From positions 1 through 39,734 of the forward strand of contig JAIOTH010000019.1 of NCBI GenBank assembly GCA_021106915.1: a stretch of 39,734 nt of DNA. The letters run 5' to 3'. Shown in pieces: positions 18,161 through 25,785 of this stretch (its first letter is position 1; every line of letters begins with the position of its first letter). A model generated the notes under the pieces. The model was not told the DNA's origin. It did no database searches and saw only the letters and a program-made list of their open reading frames with translations. Both the position numbers and the translations under genes were made by a program. This DNA comes from a bacterium (lineage in GTDB: Bacteria > Patescibacteriota > Patescibacteriia > UBA1558 > S5-K13).

Positions 18161-18288
18161 TTATCAAATTAAAATAGAATTAGGAGGTATATTGTGGATT
18201 ATGGAAATGGAATGACTAATAAAGCTACAAGGAGGCTCAGCTTTAGTTTTCATTGAGGCTAGCAAAAGAATTTTTGATAAAAATTATA

Positions 18289-18318
18289 AAAAACGGAACT
18301 AAAAATGTTCCGTTTTTT
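18289..18318. terminator. Bidirectional intrinsic terminator
   Basis: The sequence aaaaacggaac-taaaaat-gttccgtttttt has A-run and T-run flanks. It lies between the convergent M23 gene and the 77-aa ORF. Confidence 0.8.
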
Positions 18319-18359
18319 AAAAATATTTCTATAAAATAAATTATTTTTAGTATACCTAA

Positions 18360-18593
18360 TTAATCTTCAATTTTATTTTTAACTAATTCAATATTTAAAC
18401 TTTCTAATTTATATCTAGCATCAGTTAAAATAAAATTCTTAGCACCTTCCAAGCTACTAAAACTTTCTATAATTTCTTTATCATTTTTAGACTCCGCTTT
18501 GATTAAAATACTATCTCCCTCTTCAAAATTTTCAACCACTTCTAAGGGAAGCATTTTAAAATCTTCATTGTTTTTTGGCATTTCTAAACTCAT
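18360..18593 (-). CDS. Small acidic hypothetical protein (77 aa)
   Basis: It appears in the ORF track only. It has no recognisable motif, but it ends at the terminator above. Confidence 0.4.
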   Translation of the reverse strand: MSLEMPKNNEDFKMLPLEVVENFEEGDSILIKAESKNDKEIIESFSSLEGAKNFILTDARYKLESLNIELVKNKIED

Positions 18594-18740
18594 ATAATTT
18601 TTGTTAGTTTATAATAAATTTATAATATCACATTCGCGACAATTAAAAAATCATTATTAATTAATACGATCTTTGAATTTGAATGGCGGTGCCATCCGAA
18701 GCTTGCAGAAAAACTAAATAGAATTCTTAAACAATATTTT

Positions 18741-18848
18741 TGTCCTCCTACGCCACTTCCTTCGCTTCCTCTTTCGCTGAAGCTATAGAGGACAAGAAAG
18801 CTACGAAAGTCAAGAAGGCTTCGTAGGACATCCTTCGCAAGCGAAGGA
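18741..18848. repeat. GC-rich multi-hairpin repeat cluster immediately 3' of tRNA-Lys
   Basis: There is a perfect hairpin catccttcgc-aa-gcgaaggatg directly after the tRNA CCA end. A ctacgaa...ttcgtag hairpin and a gcttc...gaagc hairpin follow. This explains the spurious ORF 18748..18981. Confidence 0.6.
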
Positions 18849-18924
18849 TGGTGCCCTCAGCAGGACTTGAACCTGCGACCGTTTGCTTAAGAGGCAACTG
18901 CTCTACCAACTGAGCTATAAGGGC
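18849..18924 (-). tRNA. tRNA-Lys (anticodon CTT), CCA encoded
   Basis: The minus strand reads GCCCTTATAGCTCAGTTGGTAGAGCAGTTGCCTCTTAAGCAAACGGTCGCAGGTTCAAGTCCTGCTGAGGGCACCA. The cloverleaf folds by hand with a 7-bp acceptor stem, a GCAGG/CCTGC T-stem and a CTCTTAA anticodon loop. Confidence 0.9.
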
Positions 18925-18928
18925 AAAA

Positions 18929-19005
18929 TGGTACACCCGGCAGGGCTCGAACCTGCAACCTCTTGGTCCGAAGCCAAGCACTCTATCCAGTTGAGCTACG
19001 GGTGC
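18929..19005 (-). tRNA. tRNA-Arg (anticodon TCG), CCA encoded
   Basis: The minus strand reads GCACCCGTAGCTCAACTGGATAGAGTGCTTGGCTTCGGACCAAGAGGTTGCAGGTTCGAGCCCTGCCGGGTGTACCA. It has a CTTGG/CCAAG anticodon stem and a CTTCGGA loop. Confidence 0.9.
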
Positions 19006-19071
19006 AAATTAAAAATTACTTTTCAAAAATTAATTGTCAATCTTTTTTTATTTACTAATAAAATTAATATC

Positions 19072-19117
19072 CTATCCAGTTGCGTGCCCCGTTAATTTAC
19101 GGGGAGCTACGAGTGCA
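19072..19117 (-). pseudogene. Duplicated 5' fragment of tRNA-Arg interrupted by a 22-nt GC hairpin
   Basis: The minus strand reads GCACTCGTAGCT[CCCCGTAAATTAACGGGGCACG]CAACTGGATAG. This matches the first ~24 nt of the adjacent tRNA-Arg with 1 mismatch, and the rest of the tRNA is absent. Confidence 0.6.
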
Positions 19118-19203
19118 AAAATAATTTCTAATTTATAAACACAAACTATAAGGTACTAACAATGTCTAATTCTAGCCTTAATAGCCTAAATTGTCAATTA
19201 AAA

Positions 19204-19779
19204 TCATTTTTTATAAACTCCCTCTATTATGCTCAAAACCTTATTCACGGTTTCATCAATTTTTCCTTCTCTATTTACGACTTGATAATCAAATTCATTT
19301 GCTATTTTTAATTCATTACGAGCTGTTTCTAGTCTAGTCTTAAGTTTTTCTTCTGTAATATTAGGTCTCTTTTTTAAACGATTTTCAATCTGCTCTAATG
19401 ATTCCGGTAGAATAAAAATTGTTTTTAAATTAGGTATCAATTTTTTAATTTTCATTACCCCTCGAACATCAACCTCAAATAAAGGAATTTTATTATTTTC
19501 AATAATTTTTTCTACCTCTTTTTTCTCTACTCCATAATAATCCAAATGGACTTGTTCATTTTCTAAAAATTCTTGATTAGCAAGTTTTTTTTGAAATCCT
19601 TCTACGCTATAAAAATTATAATTTACACCATTCACCTCACCATCTCTTATTTCTCTAGTAGTAGAAGTCAATACTTTTTGTAAATTTGGATTATCTTTCA
19701 AAACCAAACCAATGATAGTTGTTTTTCCAACTCCTGAAGGACCAGCAATAACAAAATATTTTTTATTTATTTTATCCAT
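19204..19779 (-). CDS. gmk: Guanylate kinase
   Basis: It has the P-loop GPSGVGKTT, the TTREIRDGEVNGVNYNF motif, and a typical size of 191 aa. Confidence 0.9.
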   Translation of the reverse strand: MDKINKKYFVIAGPSGVGKTTIIGLVLKDNPNLQKVLTSTTREIRDGEVNGVNYNFYSVEGFQKKLANQEFLENEQVHLDYYGVEKKEVEKIIENNKIPLFEVDVRGVMKIKKLIPNLKTIFILPESLEQIENRLKKRPNITEEKLKTRLETARNELKIANEFDYQVVNREGKIDETVNKVLSIIEGVYKK

Positions 19780-19839
19780 ATTGACTTTTTTCCTAAATCG
19801 TCTATAATATAAGTATTAAGACGAAGGGAATCCGAACGG

Positions 19840-20004
19840 TTAATTACCTAAGGGGACCCTTTTTATTTTTGCCTTAACTTCTTTTTTTCCTAAAAAATCA
19901 TAATATTTAGTAGGCAACTTTTTATATAATGAAGAAGCAAATTTCTTATTCGGAAAAAGTATTTTTTCAAACCTATCTTCTTCAATTAAAAAATCTACTA
20001 ACAT
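19840..20004 (-). CDS. Possible small ORF (54 aa), unknown function
   Basis: My own translation gives MLVDFLIEEDRFEKILFPNKKFASSLYKKLPTKYYDFLGKKEVKAKIKRVPLGN*. Its ATG lies 1 nt after the rluD stop (TAAaATG). It falls below the ORF-track size cut-off, and I recognise no homology. Confidence 0.3.
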   Translation of the reverse strand: MLVDFLIEEDRFEKILFPNKKFASSLYKKLPTKYYDFLGKKEVKAKIKRVPLGN

Positions 20005-20005
20005 T

Positions 20006-20950
20006 TTATAATCCCTTAATCACATCTTTCAATTTCTCTGGCAATTCAATCTCAAAAACCTGCACCTCTCCATCTAAATCTATAAATTCTAAATGATAAG
20101 CATGTAAGAATATTCTATTTAAATCAAACTTATCTTTACATCCTTTAATATTATATAAATCATCTCCAGCAACTGGATGACTAATTGCTTTTAGATGAGC
20201 TCTGATCTGATGAGTTCGACCAGTCTTAATTTGAATATTTAATAAAGTATAGTGACTAAATGATTGTTTTACTTCCCATAAAGTTAAAGCTTCTTTAGCT
20301 TCTAAATTACCACCCTTGGCTACCATTTTACCAGATCTTTTAGAACGAGCTATGGGAAAATCTATTTCTCCTTCATGATCTGTCATTTTTCCATGAACTA
20401 AAGCTAGATACTTTTTAACAATGCTTCTATTTTTAAATTGAGATTTTAAATGGCTAAATATTTTTTGATTCAAAGCCACTACCATCAATCCTGAAACTTT
20501 TTTATCCAAACGATGTACTATGCCTGGTCTAAACTCTGGGTTGTCACCTACTGTTTTGATTTGAGGATATTTCTTAATTAAATAATCAACCAGAGTATAT
20601 TCTTGAACATTCTCTGCTGGATGAACTATCAAACCAGCTGGCTTTTCTAAAACTAAATAATTATCAGTTGCTTTGATTATTCTAATAGTCTTTTCCATCT
20701 CCATTAATTTTTTCCCACTGAGTAGAGGAAAATGTTTAGAAGATAGAGGAGGTTGTGAAATTTCTACCTTATCTCCCGCACTTAACCAATGATGCTTTTT
20801 TTTAATAATTGTACTGTTAACTTTAGCTTTTCCATCAACAACTAAACGCTGAATTTTAGATCTCGATAAATCAACTAATTTCTCAACTAAAAATTTATCC
20901 AACCTAACTTTGTCTTTTGGACATATAAATTTTTTCTTGGTATTTATCAT
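20006..20950 (-). CDS. rluD: RluA/RluD-family 23S rRNA pseudouridine synthase
   Basis: It has an N-terminal S4 domain (RLDKFLVEKL...SRSKIQRLV), the catalytic motif HRLDKKVSGLMVVA, and GRTHQIRAHL. Confidence 0.9.
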   Translation of the reverse strand: MINTKKKFICPKDKVRLDKFLVEKLVDLSRSKIQRLVVDGKAKVNSTIIKKKHHWLSAGDKVEISQPPLSSKHFPLLSGKKLMEMEKTIRIIKATDNYLVLEKPAGLIVHPAENVQEYTLVDYLIKKYPQIKTVGDNPEFRPGIVHRLDKKVSGLMVVALNQKIFSHLKSQFKNRSIVKKYLALVHGKMTDHEGEIDFPIARSKRSGKMVAKGGNLEAKEALTLWEVKQSFSHYTLLNIQIKTGRTHQIRAHLKAISHPVAGDDLYNIKGCKDKFDLNRIFLHAYHLEFIDLDGEVQVFEIELPEKLKDVIKGL

Positions 20951-21005
20951 ATATATATAAAATATCAGAGTTTAAATAAATAATCCACCCCTGGGGTGGT
21001 ATTTT

Positions 21006-21153
21006 AAGATTGATTTATTTGTATTGTATTAGTATAATTAGTATCATTAGTATATTAGTCAAGCTCAGCTCGATTAGTATTAAATTAGTATATTAGTATC
21101 ATACTATTCGTATCATTAGTATATTAGAATCATTTAATTAGTATCATTAGTAT
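21006..21153. repeat. ATTAGTAT-word repeat block with palindromic core, ending at the galU ATG
   Basis: The sequence is gtattgtattagtataattagtatcattagtatattagtcaagctcagctcgattagta...gaatcatttaattagtatcattagtatATG. About 70 nt (21079..21153) are nearly identical to 23911..23975. Confidence 0.85.
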
Positions 21154-22014
21154 ATGAAAATAACCAAGGCTGTCATTGCCGTAGCTGGATCAGGAACTAG
21201 ATTTTTACCAGCCACTAAATCCCAACCCAAAGAAATGCTACCTATTGTCGACAAACCGATTGTTCAATACGTGGTAGAAGAAATGGTTGAAGCTGGTATT
21301 ACAGATATTATCTTAGTTACTAGATGGGACAAAAAACCTTTAGAAGATCACTTTGATCGAAGTTTTGAATTAGAATATAATTTACAAAAAAATAAAAAAT
21401 TACAAAAGTTAGCTGAAATCAAAAAATTATCAAATATGGCTAACTTTATTTATATTCGCCAAAAAGGTCCTTATGGAAATGGCACTCCAGCTTTAAATGC
21501 CAAAAGTATTCTCGGTAATGAACCTTTTATTTATGCTTTTGGTGATGATCTAGTGAAATCTAAAATTTCTTTTACAAAACAATTATTAACTGCTTATCAA
21601 AAAAATCCCGGAATTATTTTAGGTGCACAAAAAGTTCCTAAGAATCAAGTAGATCGCTACGGAATCGTAAAATTAAAATCAAAGACTAAAAATGAAGTTA
21701 CTAAAATAATTGAGAAACCATCTATCCGAAAATCTCCTTCTCAATTAGCTACTTTTGGTCGTTATGTTTTAAACTCGGAAATTTTAAATTTTCTAGCTAA
21801 ACAAAAATTAGGTAAAGGTAGTGAATTGTGGCTAGTAGATGCCATTGAAGAATATATTAAAAACGGTGGAAAGGTTTATGTTCAAGAAATCGAAAACGGA
21901 AAATGGCTAACCACTGGCGATCCCTTAAATTATCTAAAAGCTACTATTGAATATGCTCTAGATCGAAAAGATTTAGCTGCTGATTTTAAAAAATATTTAA
22001 AAACTAAAATTTAA
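21154..22014 (+). CDS. galU: UTP--glucose-1-phosphate uridylyltransferase
   Basis: The N-terminal signature is KAVIAVAGSGTRFLPATKSQPKEMLPIVDKPIVQYVVEE. Confidence 0.9.
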   Translation: MKITKAVIAVAGSGTRFLPATKSQPKEMLPIVDKPIVQYVVEEMVEAGITDIILVTRWDKKPLEDHFDRSFELEYNLQKNKKLQKLAEIKKLSNMANFIYIRQKGPYGNGTPALNAKSILGNEPFIYAFGDDLVKSKISFTKQLLTAYQKNPGIILGAQKVPKNQVDRYGIVKLKSKTKNEVTKIIEKPSIRKSPSQLATFGRYVLNSEILNFLAKQKLGKGSELWLVDAIEEYIKNGGKVYVQEIENGKWLTTGDPLNYLKATIEYALDRKDLAADFKKYLKTKI

Positions 22015-22025
22015 AAATAAAAAAC

Positions 22026-23432
22026 ATGATTCAAAATAAATTATCTAACGGGGTAAATAAAAAAATAATTCTCAGTCTCTTATTTATATTCATAATTAGC
22101 TCTGGTTTTGGCTGTACTAAAAATCCCTTAGTTAAAAAAGACGTAGTTCTTAGACCAGTCAGTATTGAAATTTGGGGTGTTCACGAAAATGAAAATAATT
22201 TATCTCTTTTAATAGATGCTTTTAAAAAAATACATCCAACTGTCACCATTAAATATAAAAAATTTACTCCTCAAGAATTTACTAATGGTTATTATGAGGA
22301 TCAATTAATTAGTGAATGGGCCAAAGACAAAGGTCCAGATGCTTATTTCATTCCTAATAATTATATTGCCAAATTTAAAGATTTTATCACTCCTCTGCCA
22401 GCAAAAGTAAAACTTCCTTTTCGAGAAATAAAAACTTCTAAAATTGGTTATTTTTCTAAAACTGACGTAATAAATTACACTAAGGACTTACCAACCACTT
22501 CTTTAAAAAAACTAATTTCCAATTATCCAGAAGTAATCTACGATGATGTAGTAATTAATAATCAAATTCATGGTCTTCCTTTAAGCCTAGAAACTATTGG
22601 TCTCTTTTATAATCGGGATATTTTCAATAATGCTAATATTGCTCAAGCCCCTAAAAGTTGGGAGGAATTTAATGCTGCTGTAAAAAAAATTACTCAATTA
22701 AATTCGGATAACAAATTCATTCAATCTGGAACTGCCTTAGGAACAACAAATAATATTGATAATGCTTCGGAATTATTAATGCTTTTGATGATGCAAAACG
22801 GCGGTGATATAGTCAGTTCTAATAAAAGAATAAATTTTAATGACTATCAAAAAATTTCTCAAGCCATTAGTTTCTATAATGACTTTTCTAATCCAATTAA
22901 AGAAGTATATTCTTGGGATGAAAGTCAAAATAATTCTTTTGATGCTTTTAAGGCTGGTCAATTAGCAATGTTTTTTGGACTACCTTATCATATTGATGAA
23001 ATTAAAAAATCTGCCCCAGCTTTAAATTTTGGAATTGCCCCTGTTCCTCAAGTAAATAAATCCAATCCAGTGAACATAGCTAACTATTGGAATTTAGTTG
23101 TTTCTCACAAAAGTAAAAATAGTGACATAGCTTGGGGATTTATTGATTTTGCGACCCAAGAAAAAAATGTTAAAATATATTTAGAGAACTCGCAACGACC
23201 AACTGCTCTCCGAACTCTACAAAATGATTCTAGTCAAAACAATTTAAATACCGAACCTTTTGCTAATCAAATTCTCAGTGCCCGTTCTTGGTATCATGGT
23301 CTTTCTCCAGAAATAGCCAAAAATTATTTAAAAGAAATGTCTAATTATATTAAAAATAATTCTTTAAAACCTAGTGATCTCGAAGATGTTTTGGAAAATA
23401 CCGCTATTAAAATAAATCAGACAATTAATTAA
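22026..23432 (+). CDS. Extracellular solute-binding lipoprotein (ABC family-1, sugar-type)
   Basis: It has a signal peptide with lipobox SSGFGC. Its size and motifs match family-1 SBPs. No cognate permease or ATPase lies adjacent. Confidence 0.7.
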   Translation: MIQNKLSNGVNKKIILSLLFIFIISSGFGCTKNPLVKKDVVLRPVSIEIWGVHENENNLSLLIDAFKKIHPTVTIKYKKFTPQEFTNGYYEDQLISEWAKDKGPDAYFIPNNYIAKFKDFITPLPAKVKLPFREIKTSKIGYFSKTDVINYTKDLPTTSLKKLISNYPEVIYDDVVINNQIHGLPLSLETIGLFYNRDIFNNANIAQAPKSWEEFNAAVKKITQLNSDNKFIQSGTALGTTNNIDNASELLMLLMMQNGGDIVSSNKRINFNDYQKISQAISFYNDFSNPIKEVYSWDESQNNSFDAFKAGQLAMFFGLPYHIDEIKKSAPALNFGIAPVPQVNKSNPVNIANYWNLVVSHKSKNSDIAWGFIDFATQEKNVKIYLENSQRPTALRTLQNDSSQNNLNTEPFANQILSARSWYHGLSPEIAKNYLKEMSNYIKNNSLKPSDLEDVLENTAIKINQTIN

Positions 23433-23521
23433 GCGATACCAATATACGAATGACATACGAATTATACTAATATATTATTATTAAAATAATTTAAAATTAA
23501 TAAACATTAAGAAAAAGCGAT

Positions 23522-23905
23522 ATGAAAAGCGATATAATTTACCCAAAATTATCTTATTTGGTTACTGGAATTTGTTTTCAAGTTCATAATGAGTTAAGAC
23601 GTTATGGAAAAGAAAAACAATATGGAGATTTATTGGAATCTAAATTTATAAACGAGAATATAAAATATAAAAGAGAATATTATATAATAAATACTAGAAA
23701 TATATTAGACTTTATAGTAGAAAATAAAATTATTCTCGAATTAAAAGCCAAAAAATTTATTACCAAAGAAGACTACTATCAAACTCAAAGATATTTACAA
23801 TCAACAAATTTAAAATTAGCATTATTAATTAATTTTAGAAATAAATATTTAAAACCAATTCGGATAGTAAAAATAGATACTAATTACAAATCTAAATTTA
23901 TTTAG
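23522..23905 (+). CDS. GxxExxY-family protein (PD-(D/E)XK nuclease-like fold)
   Basis: The 127-aa product reads YPKLSYLVTGICFQVHNELRRYGKEKQYGDLL...ILELKAKK...QTQRYLQSTNLKLALLINF, which is the typical family layout. Confidence 0.7.
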   Translation: MKSDIIYPKLSYLVTGICFQVHNELRRYGKEKQYGDLLESKFINENIKYKREYYIINTRNILDFIVENKIILELKAKKFITKEDYYQTQRYLQSTNLKLALLINFRNKYLKPIRIVKIDTNYKSKFI

Positions 23906-23980
23906 CCTACATTAGTATATTAGTATCATGCTATTCGTATCATTAGTATATTAGAATCATTTAATTAGTATCATTAATAT
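23906..23980. repeat. ATTAGTAT-word repeat, near-identical copy of the galU-proximal block
   Basis: The sequence is cattagtatattagtatcatgctattcgtatcattagtatattagaatcatttaattagtatcattaatat. It differs from 21079..21153 by only a few bases. Confidence 0.85.
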
Positions 23981-24082
23981 ATTTATCCCGTTAGATAAAA
24001 CTAATTTATTTTTCAAAAAATAATATAAAAAATTAAGCTAAATTAAAAATATGAATATCCTTACAAATAATTATCTAATGGG

Positions 24083-25351
24083 ATGAAAAGAATATTACTC
24101 ACATTATTATTTAGTTTAATTATAATCTTTCCTGGGTTTGTGCAAGCTACTATTGGAAATGATTGCGAAACTGATATTAATTGCGGAGAAATGTGTGAAG
24201 AATGCGACGATGATTATCATAGTGATACTTATCAAAAATGCATACTTAAACAAAACGATCTGCTAGATTGTTATGGACCATGCCAAGAATGTATAAATAG
24301 TGGTGGACAAGGAACATGCTCATACTTTTCAGATTATGAGCAACACGGATGTGATGCTGGATTTATTTGTGGTAGTAGTAGTACCTGTGAAGAAGACGAA
24401 GGAGGTTGTCTATATGATGATCAATGTGGTACTTGTGAAGAATGTACAAATTTTGAATGTGTATTTAAAATTTCAGATCCTGATTGTAGTGGACCATGTG
24501 ATTACTGTGAAAGAGACGATTATGGAAGAGGTGCTTGCTTGCAAATCGTAGCTGGGTATCCATCAAGTGCTTGTGAAAATGGATATGTTTGTGGTGGTGG
24601 TAGTAATTGTATTACTGAATGTGCTTATCATGGCGGTGAATGCCAAGATTTAGCATGTTCATTTACTGAAAATATTGTAAAAGGCTGTGGAGATGAAGGC
24701 AATTTTTGTTGTAAAGACTATACCGGAGATACTTGTAGCGTCCCGTGTAGCATGTTTCCCTGTGAAGCACATGAAAATGAAGATACAGCTGAGAGCGCTT
24801 GCAGTGACCCAATGAAATATTGCTGTGTACCTAAAGATGAATGTACTGGTGGATCAAAAAAATTTACTATAACAGACACTTTAGATGGTTGCCCAGTTGG
24901 TTATAAGGAAGATCAAGACGCAACACTTAATTTACCTGATAACATGTATAATCAAATCTGTTGTCAAAAAAATGAAGATTACAAACCCAGTACTGTAGCC
25001 AATGTGGGAAAATTATTTGAAGGCATACCCTGCATAACAGACGGCAATTGTTCCACTGAAGACCTAGTTCAATTAGCAATTAATGTTTCTAAATTATTAA
25101 CTGGTTTTGTAGGAAGTGTAGCTTTATTATTTTTTATAATTGCTGGCGTGAAATTAATCTTTTCAGCTGGTAAAGAGGAAAGCGTTAAAAGTGCTAAAGA
25201 AATGATGGTGCAAACTATTATTGGTCTATTTATTTTTCTAGGAGCTTATTTAATTATTCTATTTTTACAAGATAATATTTTAGGAACTAAACAAAAATAT
25301 AGAATAGACAAAAAAGGTGCTTATAATAATGAATCACAATTCTGGACTTAA
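24083..25351 (+). CDS. Secreted 42-Cys repeat ectodomain fused to a C-terminal VirB2/TrbC-like (T4SS pilin-like) two-helix membrane domain
   Basis: Signal peptide MKRILLTLLFSLIIIFPGFVQA|T. Two ~75-aa tandem Cys repeats are followed by three modules each ending in CC (NFCCKD, KYCCVPKD, QICCQKNE). The C-terminus carries the pilin-like domain. Confidence 0.85.
   Translation: MKRILLTLLFSLIIIFPGFVQATIGNDCETDINCGEMCEECDDDYHSDTYQKCILKQNDLLDCYGPCQECINSGGQGTCSYFSDYEQHGCDAGFICGSSSTCEEDEGGCLYDDQCGTCEECTNFECVFKISDPDCSGPCDYCERDDYGRGACLQIVAGYPSSACENGYVCGGGSNCITECAYHGGECQDLACSFTENIVKGCGDEGNFCCKDYTGDTCSVPCSMFPCEAHENEDTAESACSDPMKYCCVPKDECTGGSKKFTITDTLDGCPVGYKEDQDATLNLPDNMYNQICCQKNEDYKPSTVANVGKLFEGIPCITDGNCSTEDLVQLAINVSKLLTGFVGSVALLFFIIAGVKLIFSAGKEESVKSAKEMMVQTIIGLFIFLGAYLIILFLQDNILGTKQKYRIDKKGAYNNESQFWT
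25025..25267 (+). other. T4SS-pilin-like (VirB2/TrbC, PF18895-type) domain
   Basis: IPCITDGNC...LVQLAINVSKLLTGFVGSVALLFFIIAGVKLIFSAGKEESVKSAKEMMVQTIIGLFIFLGAYLIILFL has two Cys, then TM1, then the loop motif AG-x5-SxG-x6-AK, then TM2. This matches the short CPR pilin-like proteins. The call rests on remembered family motifs, not on a search. Confidence 0.55.
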
Positions 25352-25358
25352 AACAATG

Positions 25359-25416
25359 TTGTCATTCCGGGCTTATTTATTTACATTGTCATTCCGGGCT
25401 TGACCCGGAATCTCAA
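25359..25416. repeat. GC-rich hairpin repeat (GTCATTCCGGGCTTGACCCGGAATCTC family), one partial plus one full copy
   Basis: The partial copy gtcattccgggctta is followed by the full copy tgtcattccgggcttgacccggaatctca. Confidence 0.85.
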
Positions 25417-25457
25417 ATTCATAAATTATATTAACATTAAAAATAAGAAAAGCGATT

Positions 25458-25748
25458 ATGAAACAATACTGTGTCTATATTTTAACAAATAAAAATAATA
25501 CTGTTTTATATATTGGAGTCACTAATAATTTATTAAGAAGAATAAGGGAACATAAAAATAAAAAATTCAGAGGTTTTACAAATAAATATAATGTTAATAA
25601 ATTAGTTTATTATGAAATTACTGATAATATTAATAGTGCTATTACTAGAGAAAAACAGTTAAAAAATTGGCGTCGTAAGTGGAAAATAGAATTAATTAAT
25701 GAATTCAATTCAGAATGGAAAGATTTGTTTCATGATTTGTTTAATTAA
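25458..25748 (+). CDS. GIY-YIG nuclease superfamily protein (UPF0213-like)
   Basis: YCVYILTNKNNTVLYIGVTNNLLRRIREHKN ... TREKQLKNW is the canonical GIY-YIG pattern. Confidence 0.85.
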   Translation: MKQYCVYILTNKNNTVLYIGVTNNLLRRIREHKNKKFRGFTNKYNVNKLVYYEITDNINSAITREKQLKNWRRKWKIELINEFNSEWKDLFHDLFN

Positions 25749-25785
25749 TAATTGAATATTTAATAATAGATAAATTAAAATTATA

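Noticed and set aside
18183-18256. AGGAGG followed by a GTG-initiated 20-codon ORF (VDYGNGMTNKATRRLSFSFH*) lies downstream of the M23 gene.
   Set aside because: It is too short to support and has no conservation evidence available. It may simply be part of the 3' UTR before the terminator at 18289. It is recorded in case small-protein data exist.
18748-19095. ORFs 18748..18981 (-) and 18883..19095 (+).
   Set aside because: They are read through the two tRNA genes and the adjacent GC-rich hairpin block. The tRNA cloverleaves explain the sequence.
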